Origin: Malacoraja senta | Taxonomy: Eukaryota | Assembly: GCA_038087875.1 (NCBI GenBank) | Contig: JAXLNO010001347.1 | Span: 62,001-126,000, forward strand | Length of the DNA: 64,000 bases | Direction: 5' to 3' | In this document: piece by piece, positions 52,100 through 63,052 of the stretch | Layout of the letters: each line of letters starts with the position of its first letter | How positions within the stretch are numbered: the first letter of the stretch is position 1 | Notes under the pieces: generated by a model | The model's database searches: none | What the model saw: only the letters and a program-made list of their open reading frames with translations | Told to the model about the DNA's origin: nothing | Made by a program: the position numbers and the translations under genes

Positions 52100-52134
<35 letters not shown>

Positions 52135-52593
52135 TTCGGCACAGACTTGAAGGGCCGAGATGGCCTGTTTCCGTGCTGTTATGGTTATATGGTTATCCAA
52201 ATCACTACTAAACAACATAAACGTGACGACCGCACGTTTGGAGCTAAGAGTTGTCACTCAGTCAATAGCAAATTCCACAGTGTGTGCTAATCTTTTAGTG
52301 ATTTTGCATTGTACTACTGCCTCGCTCTCTTCCCACATTTCAGAATCAGATCAATCAGAATCAGAATCACACTTTATTCGCCAAGTATGTTTTGCAACAT
52401 ACGAGGAATTTGGCCATAAACTTGAACCTGTCAAACAATGCACTTTGTGTAAGAAAGAACTGCAGATGCTGGTTTAACTCAAAGGTAGACACAAAATGCT
52501 GGAGTAACTCAGCAGGCAGGCAGCATCTCTGGAGAGAAGGAATGGGTGACCTATCGGGTCGAGACCCTTCTTCAGACTGATGTCAGGGGAGTT
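50185..52593 (+). repeat. 2.4-kb direct repeat, copy A (left of the full-length L1)
   Basis: Matches 58877-61286 (offset 8692/8693; identical ORFs appear twice in the track); contains CR1 fragments and a Penelope terminus. Confidence 0.97.
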
Positions 52594-53011
52594 TTTTTTT
52601 TATTTATTTTTTTTTAATTTTTATTTATTAGAAGTACATTACATCACAGCCACATACATTAATACTCGTCATTTATATCTTCTTACAATTAATGTACTCC
52701 CTTTATTTATTTTTTTACACTAAAGAAAGAAAAGATTGAAAGAGAGAAGAAAGTGAAGGAAAAAGTGCAAGTGTAGAAAAGTGTAGAAAATGTAACAACA
52801 AAAAAGGACGAAGACCCTATGAGAGCGAAATTAAAAACAAAAAGAAAAAGAGTTAAGAAATAGGCCCTAAGAAAAGAAAAGAGAGAGAGAAAAAAAGAAA
52901 AACAAATGTTTTTTTTTTTGAGCATCACGTAAATAGGACATACCAACTCTTCAACTATCATCCCCCCTTACCCGACCTCAATTTTTTATTTTTTTAAAGT
53001 ACTTTTGCACC

Positions 53012-56000
53012 CTATGTTTGTAATAATTCTATAAATGCAGACCACGTCAGGTGGAAGTGATCTGGTTTACCTGCTAGGAGGAGTCTTATCTCTTCAAGGT
53101 GTAGTGTTTCAAACATATTTGAAATCCACATATTTATAGTTGGTATTGGAGCCTTCTTCCAAAATTTTAGAATTAGCTTTTTTCCAGTTATTAACCCATA
53201 ATCCATTAATTTCTTTTGAAACACATTTAGTTCTGGATCATCTTCCGTTATTCCGAAGATAATCCATTCTGCTTTGGGTATCAGTCTTGTTTTAAATAAC
53301 TTTGTAAAGATTTCAAAAATTTCATTCCAAAATTTTTGAATTTTTGTACAGAAGACAAATGAGTGCGCTATAGTTGCTTCTTGGGATTGACATTTATCAC
53401 AAATAGATGATACGTTTGGGAAAATTTTATGAATTTTAGTTTTCGAATAATATAATCTATGTAAAATTTTAAATTGTATTAAAGTGTGTCTTACATTAAT
53501 CGAGCATTTATGTACTTTTAATAAGTATTCATTCCAACTTTCCTTTGAAATTTTAATAGCTAACTCTTGTTCCCAGTCTCTTCTGATACCCTCCGTAGAT
53601 GGTATTTGTACATTTAAGATAATATTGTACAAATATGATATTAAGTTTGCTGATTCCGCTTTTATCTGCATTGCCTCGTCCAGTACATCTGCTGGGTTAT
53701 TATGATGATCTTTTATATATTTTTTCAAATAGTCGCATATTTGAAAGTATTTAAAATATTGATTATTTCCGAGTTTATATTTTATTTGTAATTGTTGAAA
53801 TGAAAGTAATTTTCCAGTTTCATACAAGTCACCAAGCGTTTTAATTCCTAGTCTATCCCATTGTGTATAAGCTTTATCTATAATAGAAGGACTAAACGAA
53901 GGGTTATTGACTATAGGTAATAAAAGTGATAAGTTTCTTAATTTTAAGTTTTGTTTTATTTGTTTCCAAATACGAATTGTACTATGAATAATTGGGTTCT
54001 TATTATAGTTTATGTTATTCAATTTCATTGGAGAGAGAAGGATCGCTCCAATGTTTCTAGAGGAGCAATCCTCTTTCTCCATTACAATCCAGTCTACTTG
54101 CTGGGCGGAGTTATCCATCAGTTGAATCATGTTTTTAATATTTACTGACCAATAATAATACATAAAATTGGGTAGTGCTAGACCCCCCAATACTTTAGAT
54201 TTATTCAGATGGTTTTTTTGTATTCTATGTGATTTATAGTCCCATATAAAATTAGTGATATCTGAGTCGAGTTTTTTAAAAAACTTCTTAGGTAAGTATA
54301 TAGGAATTGATTGAAATAGGTATAAAATTTGTGGTAAAAAGATCATTTTTATTGCGTTTATTCGGCCTATTAAAGACATCGGAAGCATTTTCCAGAATTT
54401 AATTAATGTATTCAGTTTATTAAGTAGGGGGTCAAAATTTGCCCTGAGCATACCTTGATATGCTCTGGTAATTTCGATTCCCAAATATTTAAATTTTTCT
54501 GTAGCTATTTTAAAAGGGAATTTTAAAAGATGTGTTGAATCTTTCGGTTTTATTGACATAATTTCACTTTTATTCCAATTTATTCTATATCCAGAAAAAG
54601 ATCCGAAGTCTTCAATTAAATTTAATATATTTGGTATAGTGATTTGAGGTTTTGTAATATACAATAATATATCATCCGCGTATAAAGATATTTTATTATA
54701 TGAGTCTTTAGTATTATATCCATGAATATCAGGGTGTATTCTAATTTTTTCTGCTAGCGGTTCAATAATGAGAGCAAACAGCTGTGGTGATAATGAGCAT
54801 CCTTGTCTATTTCCCCTTGATAGTTGAAATTTCGAGGATAATATGTTATTAGTAAGTATTCTAGCTGTAGGTTTGTTATATAGTAACTTAATCCATAAAA
54901 TAAAATTCTCTCCCAGTTGAAATTTTTGTAATACTTTATCCATATAATTCCATTCTACTTGATCAAATGCTTTTTCAGCATCCAGCGAAATAATTGATAA
55001 TTCTTGATCTTCAGATTTGTGTGAGTGCATTATGTTGAGTAGACGTCTCATATTATTAGAAGAGTATCTCTTAGGGATAAACCCTGTCTGATCTGGGTTT
55101 ATTAATTTACTAATGTATTTACTTAATCTTCTGGCTAATGTTTTCGCTAATATTTTTTGATCTGTGTTTAACAATGCTATAGCTCTATATGAGCCAGGTT
55201 CTTCTAAATCCTTATTTTTCTTAGGTATTAATGTAATCGTTGATTCCGCTAATGTATCAGGTAGTATTCGTTTTTTAAAAGCGTATTGGTACATTTTTTG
55301 TAATCTTGGTATTATTTTATCATAAAAGTTTTTATAAAATTCATTAGTAAATCCATCAGGGCCTGGTGTTTTTCCATTTTTTAGTGAGTTTATTGTATCT
55401 TCTAATTCCTTAATTGAGATTTGTGCACCCAGTTCCTCTTGTTCCTTCAGCTCTAACTTTGGAAGATTACAGGTATCCAAGAACTTTGTGATATTATTGG
55501 AATCAATTATCGTTTTAGATGTATACAAATTCTCGTAAAATTGCGCAAATCTTTTATTAATATCCTTCGGTGTTGTTAATAATTCCCCTTTATCTGATTT
55601 GATCTTTGGTATAGTATGTTCCTTTTCTCGTTTTTTTAGCTGGCGAGCCAAAAGTTTATGCGGTTTATCCCCAAATTCAAAGTGCTCTTGTTTTGTAATT
55701 TGAAAAAGTCTTATAAGTTTGGCAGATAATAATTTATTTAATTTAAATTTTAAAATTATTATTTTATTATGTTTATCTATTGATGGATCTTTAGCATTAT
55801 CTATATCCATTTGTCTAATAAGTTCTTCTAACTGTCTTTGTTCATTCTTATTCTTTTTATTTTGAAAAGCTTGATATGAAATTATAATACCCCTAATGTA
55901 TGCTTTAAAAGATTCCCAAAGTAAAGTAGGCGATATATCTGAAGTATCATTTGTTTGAAAAAAGACCTCCATTTGTTCTTTTAAATATATACTCGCTTGT

Positions 56001-56803
56001 GGATCTTTTAAAATTTGAGAGTTAAATCTCCAGAATGAATTATTCTTAGACAATCCTTCCAGTTTTAAAAAGAAAGTTAGTGGAGAATGGTCTGAAATTG
56101 AATTTGTATGATATATTGCATTAGATGTTTGGGGGATTAATTTTGTATCCAGCAGAAAGTAGTCTATACGTGAGTATGTCTTATGTACCATTGAGTAAAA
56201 CGAATATTCCCTGCCAGTTGGATTCACAATTCTCCAAACATCTGCTATATTAGTGTTGTTTATGTAGGTATTGAGGAGTTCCCCAGTTTTCGATTTCATA
56301 TTCCCTCTCTGTTTTTGACTTGATTTATCTAAGTACGGGTCTAAAACACAGTTAAAGTCTCCGCCTATTATAACATTTTGATAGTTTGACTCTGCAATTA
56401 TATTGAAGATTTTATTGAAAAAGTGGGGGTTATCAAAGTTAGGGGCATATATATTTACCAAAGTAAGTGGAGTGTCATGGATTTCTCCATTAACTATTAG
56501 GTATCTCCCTTCTATATCTGTTATAATATTCTTTGCTTTAAATGGTATACCTTTTCTTATGATAATTGACGTGCCTCTAGATTTTGAAGTGAATGAAGAG
56601 TGGTATGTTTGACCTATCCATTTCGCCCTCAGCCTAACTTGGTCCTGAGGTTTTAGGTGTGTTTCTTGTAGGAAGGTAATGTCAGAATTATACATTTTTA
56701 GCTGAGCTAATATCTTACCCCTTTTGATAGGTTCATTAATACCTCTTATATTCCAACTACAAAATGAGACTCCTCCTAGGTTCTTTTGTGTGGTGTCATG
56801 CAT
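53012..56803 (-). CDS. L1 ORF2p (1263 aa): AP endonuclease, reverse transcriptase and CCHC domain
   Basis: SWNIRGIN, FLQETH, GGDFN, SRIDYF, SDHSP; GKTPGPDGF, DAEKAFD, RQGCSLSP, LYADD, FKYLG; CDKC..HSFVFC. No stops. Confidence 0.97.
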   Translation of the reverse strand: MHDTTQKNLGGVSFCSWNIRGINEPIKRGKILAQLKMYNSDITFLQETHLKPQDQVRLRAKWIGQTYHSSFTSKSRGTSIIIRKGIPFKAKNIITDIEGRYLIVNGEIHDTPLTLVNIYAPNFDNPHFFNKIFNIIAESNYQNVIIGGDFNCVLDPYLDKSSQKQRGNMKSKTGELLNTYINNTNIADVWRIVNPTGREYSFYSMVHKTYSRIDYFLLDTKLIPQTSNAIYHTNSISDHSPLTFFLKLEGLSKNNSFWRFNSQILKDPQASIYLKEQMEVFFQTNDTSDISPTLLWESFKAYIRGIIISYQAFQNKKNKNEQRQLEELIRQMDIDNAKDPSIDKHNKIIILKFKLNKLLSAKLIRLFQITKQEHFEFGDKPHKLLARQLKKREKEHTIPKIKSDKGELLTTPKDINKRFAQFYENLYTSKTIIDSNNITKFLDTCNLPKLELKEQEELGAQISIKELEDTINSLKNGKTPGPDGFTNEFYKNFYDKIIPRLQKMYQYAFKKRILPDTLAESTITLIPKKNKDLEEPGSYRAIALLNTDQKILAKTLARRLSKYISKLINPDQTGFIPKRYSSNNMRRLLNIMHSHKSEDQELSIISLDAEKAFDQVEWNYMDKVLQKFQLGENFILWIKLLYNKPTARILTNNILSSKFQLSRGNRQGCSLSPQLFALIIEPLAEKIRIHPDIHGYNTKDSYNKISLYADDILLYITKPQITIPNILNLIEDFGSFSGYRINWNKSEIMSIKPKDSTHLLKFPFKIATEKFKYLGIEITRAYQGMLRANFDPLLNKLNTLIKFWKMLPMSLIGRINAIKMIFLPQILYLFQSIPIYLPKKFFKKLDSDITNFIWDYKSHRIQKNHLNKSKVLGGLALPNFMYYYWSVNIKNMIQLMDNSAQQVDWIVMEKEDCSSRNIGAILLSPMKLNNINYNKNPIIHSTIRIWKQIKQNLKLRNLSLLLPIVNNPSFSPSIIDKAYTQWDRLGIKTLGDLYETGKLLSFQQLQIKYKLGNNQYFKYFQICDYLKKYIKDHHNNPADVLDEAMQIKAESANLISYLYNIILNVQIPSTEGIRRDWEQELAIKISKESWNEYLLKVHKCSINVRHTLIQFKILHRLYYSKTKIHKIFPNVSSICDKCQSQEATIAHSFVFCTKIQKFWNEIFEIFTKLFKTRLIPKAEWIIFGITEDDPELNVFQKKLMDYGLITGKKLILKFWKKAPIPTINMWISNMFETLHLEEIRLLLAGKPDHFHLTWSAFIELLQT

Positions 56804-57611
56804 TTTGAATAATTATAGTACCTTTGAATCTTGTGGTGCGTCCATATCCCAGGTCTTTAGGTATTGGGGGAGTTTTTGAATTATTAACTTTTGTTGGTAT
56901 GTCCATATTATTCTTATCACTAAACACAAAACACAAACAAGTGATTTTATGTAATAAAAAAAAAACTAAAAAAGTGAGGCTACAGTGTCTATAGTCGGCA
57001 CTGTAGCAAGTGACCCACCTGTAGGTGGGAAAAAACCTTATTTTGACTTCCATTGCGTTGTTGCTCAACTCGCTCCGCTCTCTTAGTTAATCATAACATA
57101 TTAAAATATTAAAACGAGGCCTCACATTCATATATATAATACAATTTTACCCTGATATTTCCTTATAACATATATATATATATCAGAGTTTAATTATTAA
57201 ACCAATATTTTTGATTTCAATAAGAATCAGCTGTTGGTTGAAGGGGTTAACGAGACGTGCTCCTGGACATAAGCCAGGAGCTCGTTTCTCATCCCCTCCT
57301 CCCGCTTATAGACAAGGTTACAATTTATTAAAAATTCATATTAGTATGTTAGTTCATTATTTTTTTGTTTTTTTTTGTTAGTATTCTAATCTAACCTGCA
57401 TAACTTTTAAAGTTGTTAATAGGATAAGTTCTTACAATTGGTTATAACATTTTAATCAATAAGCAATTATTTTCTAATTCATATCCCGTTATAAAGTTGT
57501 TTACACGTTTTGAACAGAAAATGTCCTTGCTTCAACATTCCGGAGATAACAGTGTAACTATCCCCAGACAAAACATAGCTGAGAATTATTCGGATCTGCC
57601 AAAGCTCCCTT

Positions 57612-58682
57612 TTATTTCTGTCTTTCAACAATCGTTTGGGCATATTTGAAAGCGTCTTCAGGCTTAACAAATGACTTTTCAAGACCATTAAAAGAAATAC
57701 GCATTTTAGCGGGATAAAAAACCCCGAATCTGACCCCTTCTCTCCCTCTTAAAAGATCTTTAACCTTATCAAATTTATTTCTTTTTTGCACAATTTCATG
57801 TGGGTAGTCCCTGAATATCTTAATAGTGTCTTTGTCCAGCCGTAATTGTACACCATATTTGATTTTGGTCATAACATATTCCAGTTCTGCAGTGTCTCGA
57901 AATTTCACTATAATATGTCGTGGATAAGCTTTTCCCGCATCAAATCTTTTTCCAAATCTTGGGACACGATGAGCCACTTCGATTTTCGGTTCCTTGGGAA
58001 GATTCAACAGTTGTTTCAACAAGCCCATGGCAAATTCACGTACCTGTTCCCCTTCTGCCCCCTCTGAAACACCAAGAATCCTCAGATTCTGGCGTCTAGA
58101 ACGAGCTTCCAGGTCCAGGCATTTGAATGAGACTTTCTCTAATTGAGTCCCCATTTGTAGTGATGCTTGTTCGTTTTCTCGCCTCATTTGCTCATGTTCT
58201 TGCCTCAATTTCGCCATGTCTTCAACCAGTCGTGCCGTATTTTTCTCCAATTCCGTAATTGTCTGCATACTTGCAGCTACTGTTTCAAGTACAGCCGTGA
58301 ACTTATCCGTAGTAATTACATCCATCTTATCCATTTTCTCTGATAGTCCATCTTTCACCTCATCAATTCGTTTATTCATAGTGTCCAGTAAATCCGTCAT
58401 ATTCTTCTGGTTACCAGCATTTAAATCCTTCATCATCTTCTGCATTCCTTCCATCATTTTTGCCGAATTTTCCTTCATTTCCTTCTTATCTTCCACCCTA
58501 TTATCCGAGATCTCATCTTTCAAATTTTTCATTGATTTTTTCAAGTCATCAAAGTCTTTCTTAGATCTTGTATCCATTTCTGCAGCCACTTCAGAGACTT
58601 CAGAGGTAACTTCAGTTTCGAACTGTTTCGACAGTTTATTCACAGCTCTCTGAGGGCTCACAGCTGGAGTCAATTTACTCAT
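57612..58682 (-). CDS. L1 ORF1p (356 aa): coiled coil, RRM and CTD
   Basis: Heptad-rich N-half, DLEARSRRQNLRILGVSEG, IEVAHRV, PRHIIVKF, IFRDYP, GVFYPAKMRI. Confidence 0.93.
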   Translation of the reverse strand: MSKLTPAVSPQRAVNKLSKQFETEVTSEVSEVAAEMDTRSKKDFDDLKKSMKNLKDEISDNRVEDKKEMKENSAKMMEGMQKMMKDLNAGNQKNMTDLLDTMNKRIDEVKDGLSEKMDKMDVITTDKFTAVLETVAASMQTITELEKNTARLVEDMAKLRQEHEQMRRENEQASLQMGTQLEKVSFKCLDLEARSRRQNLRILGVSEGAEGEQVREFAMGLLKQLLNLPKEPKIEVAHRVPRFGKRFDAGKAYPRHIIVKFRDTAELEYVMTKIKYGVQLRLDKDTIKIFRDYPHEIVQKRNKFDKVKDLLRGREGVRFGVFYPAKMRISFNGLEKSFVKPEDAFKYAQTIVERQK

Positions 58683-58876
58683 TTAAAGGGCTTCAAACCA
58701 CCGTTTAAAACATCGCGTTTAACGATGACGTCATCAGCGCGGTAACCAGAAGCTCCGGTAAGGTTTTTAAAAACAATCCCGATTTTCGGACCCGTTTTAC
58801 ACGATAAATCGTGAAGTTTTTCGGGAGAGGAGCTGGGTGCACGTCTGTTAGTCTAACATGACGCCACCGGAAGTCT

Positions 58877-61286
58877 AACCTAACATAAGCAAAATGTTGC
58901 CATTCATCCTTTGTTCCCAATCTCTGATATTCTATAAGATCATAACCGATCCTCTAGCAGACCACCAATTTTCCGAATTCCGGATTCCTTTTGTATCCAA
59001 GCATATTCCTATCCCTGCCTCAAGCATCTGATTGACTTAAAGCCCACAGCCTACTTGGACAGAGAATTTGAAAGACTAATTAAAACTAATTTCATCTCAT
59101 TACTGCACTGAATTCAATGATTCAATGATATTTTATTGTCACATGCACCTAGGCACAGTGAAATGCTTTGTTTCGCATACAATGGTAAAATCATATAGCA
59201 GACCTAAACTAGACAATACACAAGTATCACCGTGTTTTGGTGCCATAAGAATGTCTGAACCCTTATTTTTAAACTGTGAATTTTGGTTCCAGACACACCA
59301 GTCTGGGAGAAATAAAAAGATCATCCCTCATGTTCTGAACTTTGACTCACTTCATAAGTCAAAGGTGCAGAATTTGGTTGGTCGACCCATCGAGTTTACT
59401 CCACAATTTAATCATGGCTGACCTATCGTTCCCTCTCAGTGCCGTTCTCCTGTCATCTCCCTGTGACCTTTGACACTCTTACAAATCGGGCGGCATTTTC
59501 TGTTTTTGTATTCCAGTCCTCTTGATATAAATCACCTTCCTGACTACCGATTCAATTTGCAAATTAACCTTTTGAGAGTCCTGCACCAACACTCCCATGT
59601 CACTGTGTGCCTCCGATTTCTGGATTCTCTCTCCATTTGTAAAATAATCTACGCCTTTATTCTTATTACCAAAATGCATGTCTCCACACTTTGCTATACT
59701 GGATTTCATCTGCCACTTCTCTGCCCACTCTCCTAACCTGTACACGTTCACATTACAGGAGTAGAATTAGGCCATTCGGCCCATCGAGTCTACTCCACCA
59801 TTCCATTATGGCTGATCTGTGCCTCCTAATCCCATTTTCCTGCCTTCTCCCCATGATAACCCATTCTAATCAAGAATTTGTCGATCTCTGCCTTAAAAAT
59901 ATCCACCAACTCGGACTCCACAGCCCTCTGTGGCAATGTGTTCCACAGATTAACTACCCTCTGACTAAAGAAATTCCTCCTCACCTCCTTTCTAAAAGAG
60001 CACCCTTTAATTCTGAGGCTATGACCTCTGGTCCTAGACTCACCCACCAGTGGAAACATCCTTTCCACATCCACTCTATCTTTGCCTTTCATTATTCTGT
60101 CAGTTTCAATGAGGTTCCCCCCTCAACCTTCTTACCTCCAGCGAGTAGAGGCACAGTCCTGTCAAACTATCATCATATGCTAACCCACTCATTCATGGAA
60201 TTATTCTTGTAAACCTCCTCTGAACCAGAGCCAGCACATCCTTCCTCAGATAGGGGGCCCAAATTTCCACACTGTACTCCAAACGTGGCCTGACCAGCGC
60301 TTTTGAAGCCTCAGAATGACATTTCTGTTTTTGTAATCCAGTCCTCTTGATATAAATCACCTTCCTGACTACCGATTCAATTTGCAAATTAACCTTTTTG
60401 GGAGTCCTGCACCAGCACTCCCATGTCACTGTGTGCCTCCGATTTCTGGATTTACTCTCCATTTGTAAAATAATCTACGCCTTTATTCTTATTACCAAAT
60501 GCATGTCTCCACACTTTGCTACACTGGATTTCATCTGCCACTTCTCTGCCCACTCTCCTAACCCGAACAAGTCCTTCTGCAAAGTCCTTGCATCCTCTAC
60601 ACTGCCTGCCCCTCCACCTATTTTAGCATCATCTGCAAACTTGGCCACAAAACATTCAATCCCCTTCCAGTGGAAGTGGTGGAGGCAGGTTCGATGTTAT
60701 CCTTTAAAAATAGATTGGATGGGTATATGGACGGGAAAGGAATGCAGGGTTATGGTCTGAGTACAGGTAGATGGGACTAGGGGGAAGTTAATAAATTTAA
60801 AAAATAAATAAAAAATTAAAAAAAGCATTCGGCACAGACTTGAAGGGCCGAGATGGCCTGTTTCCGTGCTGTTATGGTTATATGGTTATCCAAATCACTA
60901 CTAAACAACATAAACGTGACGACCGCACGTTTGGAGCTAAGAGTTGTCACTCAGTCAATAGCAAATTCCACAGTGTGTGCTAATCTTTTAGTGATTTTGC
61001 ATTGTACTACTGCCTCGCTCTCTTCCCACATTTCAGAATCAGATCAATCAGAATCAGAATCACACTTTATTCGCCAAGTATGTTTTGCAACATACGAGGA
61101 ATTTGGCCATAAACTTGAACCTGTCAAACAATGCACTTTGTGTAAGAAAGAACTGCAGATGCTGGTTTAACTCAAAGGTAGACACAAAATGCTGGAGTAA
61201 CTCAGCAGGCAGGCAGCATCTCTGGAGAGAAGGAATGGGTGACCTATCGGGTCGAGACCCTTCTTCAGACTGATGTCAGGGGAGTT
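58877..61286 (+). repeat. 2.4-kb direct repeat, copy A' (right of the full-length L1)
   Basis: Three substitutions seen versus copy A (50282/58974, 51220/59912, 51962/60654), plus a different A-tract. Confidence 0.97.
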
Positions 61287-62515
61287 GACGGGACAAAGAT
61301 AGAATGTAGTTGAAGACATTAAGACTGGTGGGAGAACTGGGATGGGGAGGGGATAGAGAGGGAATGCAAGGGCTATTTAAAGTTAGAGAAGTCAATGTTC
61401 ATACAGCTGGGGTGTAAACTACCCAAGTGAAATATGAGGTGCTATTCCTCCAATTTGCACTGGGCCTCACTCTGACAATGGAGGAGGCCCAGGACCGAAA
61501 GGTCAGATTGTGAATGGGAGGGGAAGTTGAAGTGCTGAGCAACCAGGAGATCAGGTAGGTTAAGATGGACAGAGCGGAGTAGTTCAGTGAAATGATTGCC
61601 GAGCCTGTGCTTGGCCTCGCTGATGTAGAGAAGTTGGCTCCTGCAACTGCAGATGCAGTAGATGAGGTTCGAGGAGGTGCAAGTGAACCTCTGCCTCACC
61701 TGGAAAGACTGCTTGGGTCCTTGGATGGAGTTGAGGGGAGAGGGAAAGGGACAGGTGTTGCATCTCCTGCGGTTGCAGGGAAAGTACCTGGGGAGGGGGT
61801 GGTTTGGGTGGAAAAGGACGAGTTGATGAGGGAATTTCCGAGGGAACGGTCTCCACGAAAAGCAGAAAGGGGAGGAGATGGGAAGATGTGGCCAGTAGTG
61901 GGATCCCGTTGGAGTTGGCAAAAATGATGGAGGATTATATGCTGTATGCGACGGCTGATGGGGTGGAAGGTGACGACAAGGGGGACTCTGTCCTTGGTAC
62001 GAATGGGGGGGGGGGGGGGGGGTAGGGAGAGTAAGAGCGGAGCATCGAGGAAACCCTAGTGAGTGCCTCATCTATAATGGAAGAAGGGAACCCCAGTTTC
62101 CTAAAGAATGAGGACATCTCCGATGCCCTGGAAAAGAAAACCTCATCCTGGGCGCAGATGCTGCGTAGACGGAGGAAGTGGTAGTCGGGATACAGTCTTT
62201 ACAGGAAGCAGGGTGGGAAGAAGTGTAGTCCAGATAGCTATGGGAGTCAGTAGGTTTGTAGTAGATGTCGGTCAATAGTATGTTTCCTGTTATGGAGATG
62301 GTGAGATCTAGAAACGGTAGGGAGATGTCCGAGATGGTCCAAGTGAATTGGAGTGCAGGATGGAAATTGGTGGTGAAGTTGATGAAGTCAGTGAGTTCTG
62401 CATGGGAGCAGGAAGTAGCATCAATGCAGTCGTCAATGTAGCGGAGATAGAGTTCGGGGATCGGGCCAGTGTACCTCTGGAACAGTGATTGTTCGATGTT
62501 CCCTACAAGGGCAGC
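61140..62515 (-). mobile_element. Penelope-like element (RT C-terminus, GIY-YIG, terminal repeat), frameshifted
   Basis: LYLRYIDDC...LPFLDL..YYKPTDSHSYL; CNRRRCNTC..QHFN. Its terminus is the point where the 2.4-kb duplication ends. Confidence 0.9.
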
Positions 62516-62882
62516 CACAGCCCTTTCCCGCCTCTCCCACATTGTATTCCCATTCTTACAATAACAACTTGAAATCAAAGATGTTTTTGTTTCAAACCGC
62601 GTCGCTCCTGTTTGTTTTACACAAGTTTAAATCAGTTTAAACCAATATCTGCAGTTCCTTCTTCCACAAAGGAAACGATGCATTGTGCAAATCAATGCAG
62701 AAATTCCAGTCTGGATTGTACTGAAACAGTGAAAATTAAACCCTTTTAACGTCCGCATGAACCATGAACCAGATTGAATGTGTATTGCGCGCTTTTTTAA
62801 ACGCAGTCGCCTCCGGTCAAGATTGAGATAAAGCCAAGACGCTTTTAGCCAGTAGCGAATTAAATGAGAATCATTAACTTAC

Positions 62883-62934
62883 CTGCTTGAGCCCCTTGTA
62901 TGCGGAAGAAACTCAACAAGATGAACAGCATCAT
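62883..62934 (-). CDS. MHC class I-like exon 1: signal peptide MMLFILLSFFRIQGAQA+G
   Basis: ATG at 62934, hydrophobic core and A-Q-A cleavage motif, then a consensus donor CAG|GTAAGT. The phase-1 G joins the GG at the start of the alpha1 exon to give Gly1 (GPHTL). Too short for the ORF track. Confidence 0.85.
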
Positions 62935-63008
62935 TTCACGCACAACCTCTCGCATCAACAGCAGCAACTGAGCCAAACTTCACCAACATCAAAGCAGGAT
63001 CTCATCAT

Positions 63009-63052
63009 GCAATCAGAATAAAAATACCACGGGTCGTCACCAGTTGTCGAGC
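63009..63052 (-). promoter_or_regulatory. SXY-like MHC promoter module (X1, X2, imperfect Y)
   Basis: Minus strand CTCGACAACTGG-TGACGA-...-TTCTGATTGC, about 75 nt upstream of the ATG. It resembles the X1 (CTAGCAAC), X2 (TGACG-like) and Y (CTGATTGG) boxes with near-canonical X2-Y spacing; the Y box has one mismatch. Confidence 0.5.

Larger units (their letters stand above)
52592..58876 (-). mobile_element. Full-length L1 retrotransposon (~6.3 kb), apparently intact
   Basis: 5' end GACTTCCGGTGGCG, ~190-nt 5'UTR, ORF1, ~810-nt spacer, ORF2, 3'UTR with AATAAA and A-rich tail (T-run at 52592). Confidence 0.96.

Noticed and set aside
50185-52593. 3' transduction as the source of the 2.4-kb repeat
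   Set aside because: There is no second poly-A at the distal end (50185), and the duplicate is the sequence immediately on the other side of the same L1, not foreign flank.
58216-58653. Long antisense ORFs (also 29876-30529+, 28550-29065+, 44271-45011+, 44372-45196-, 12089-12814+)
   Set aside because: They are shadows of transposon ORFs or of stop-poor GC-rich repeats, with no recognisable domains or splice support.
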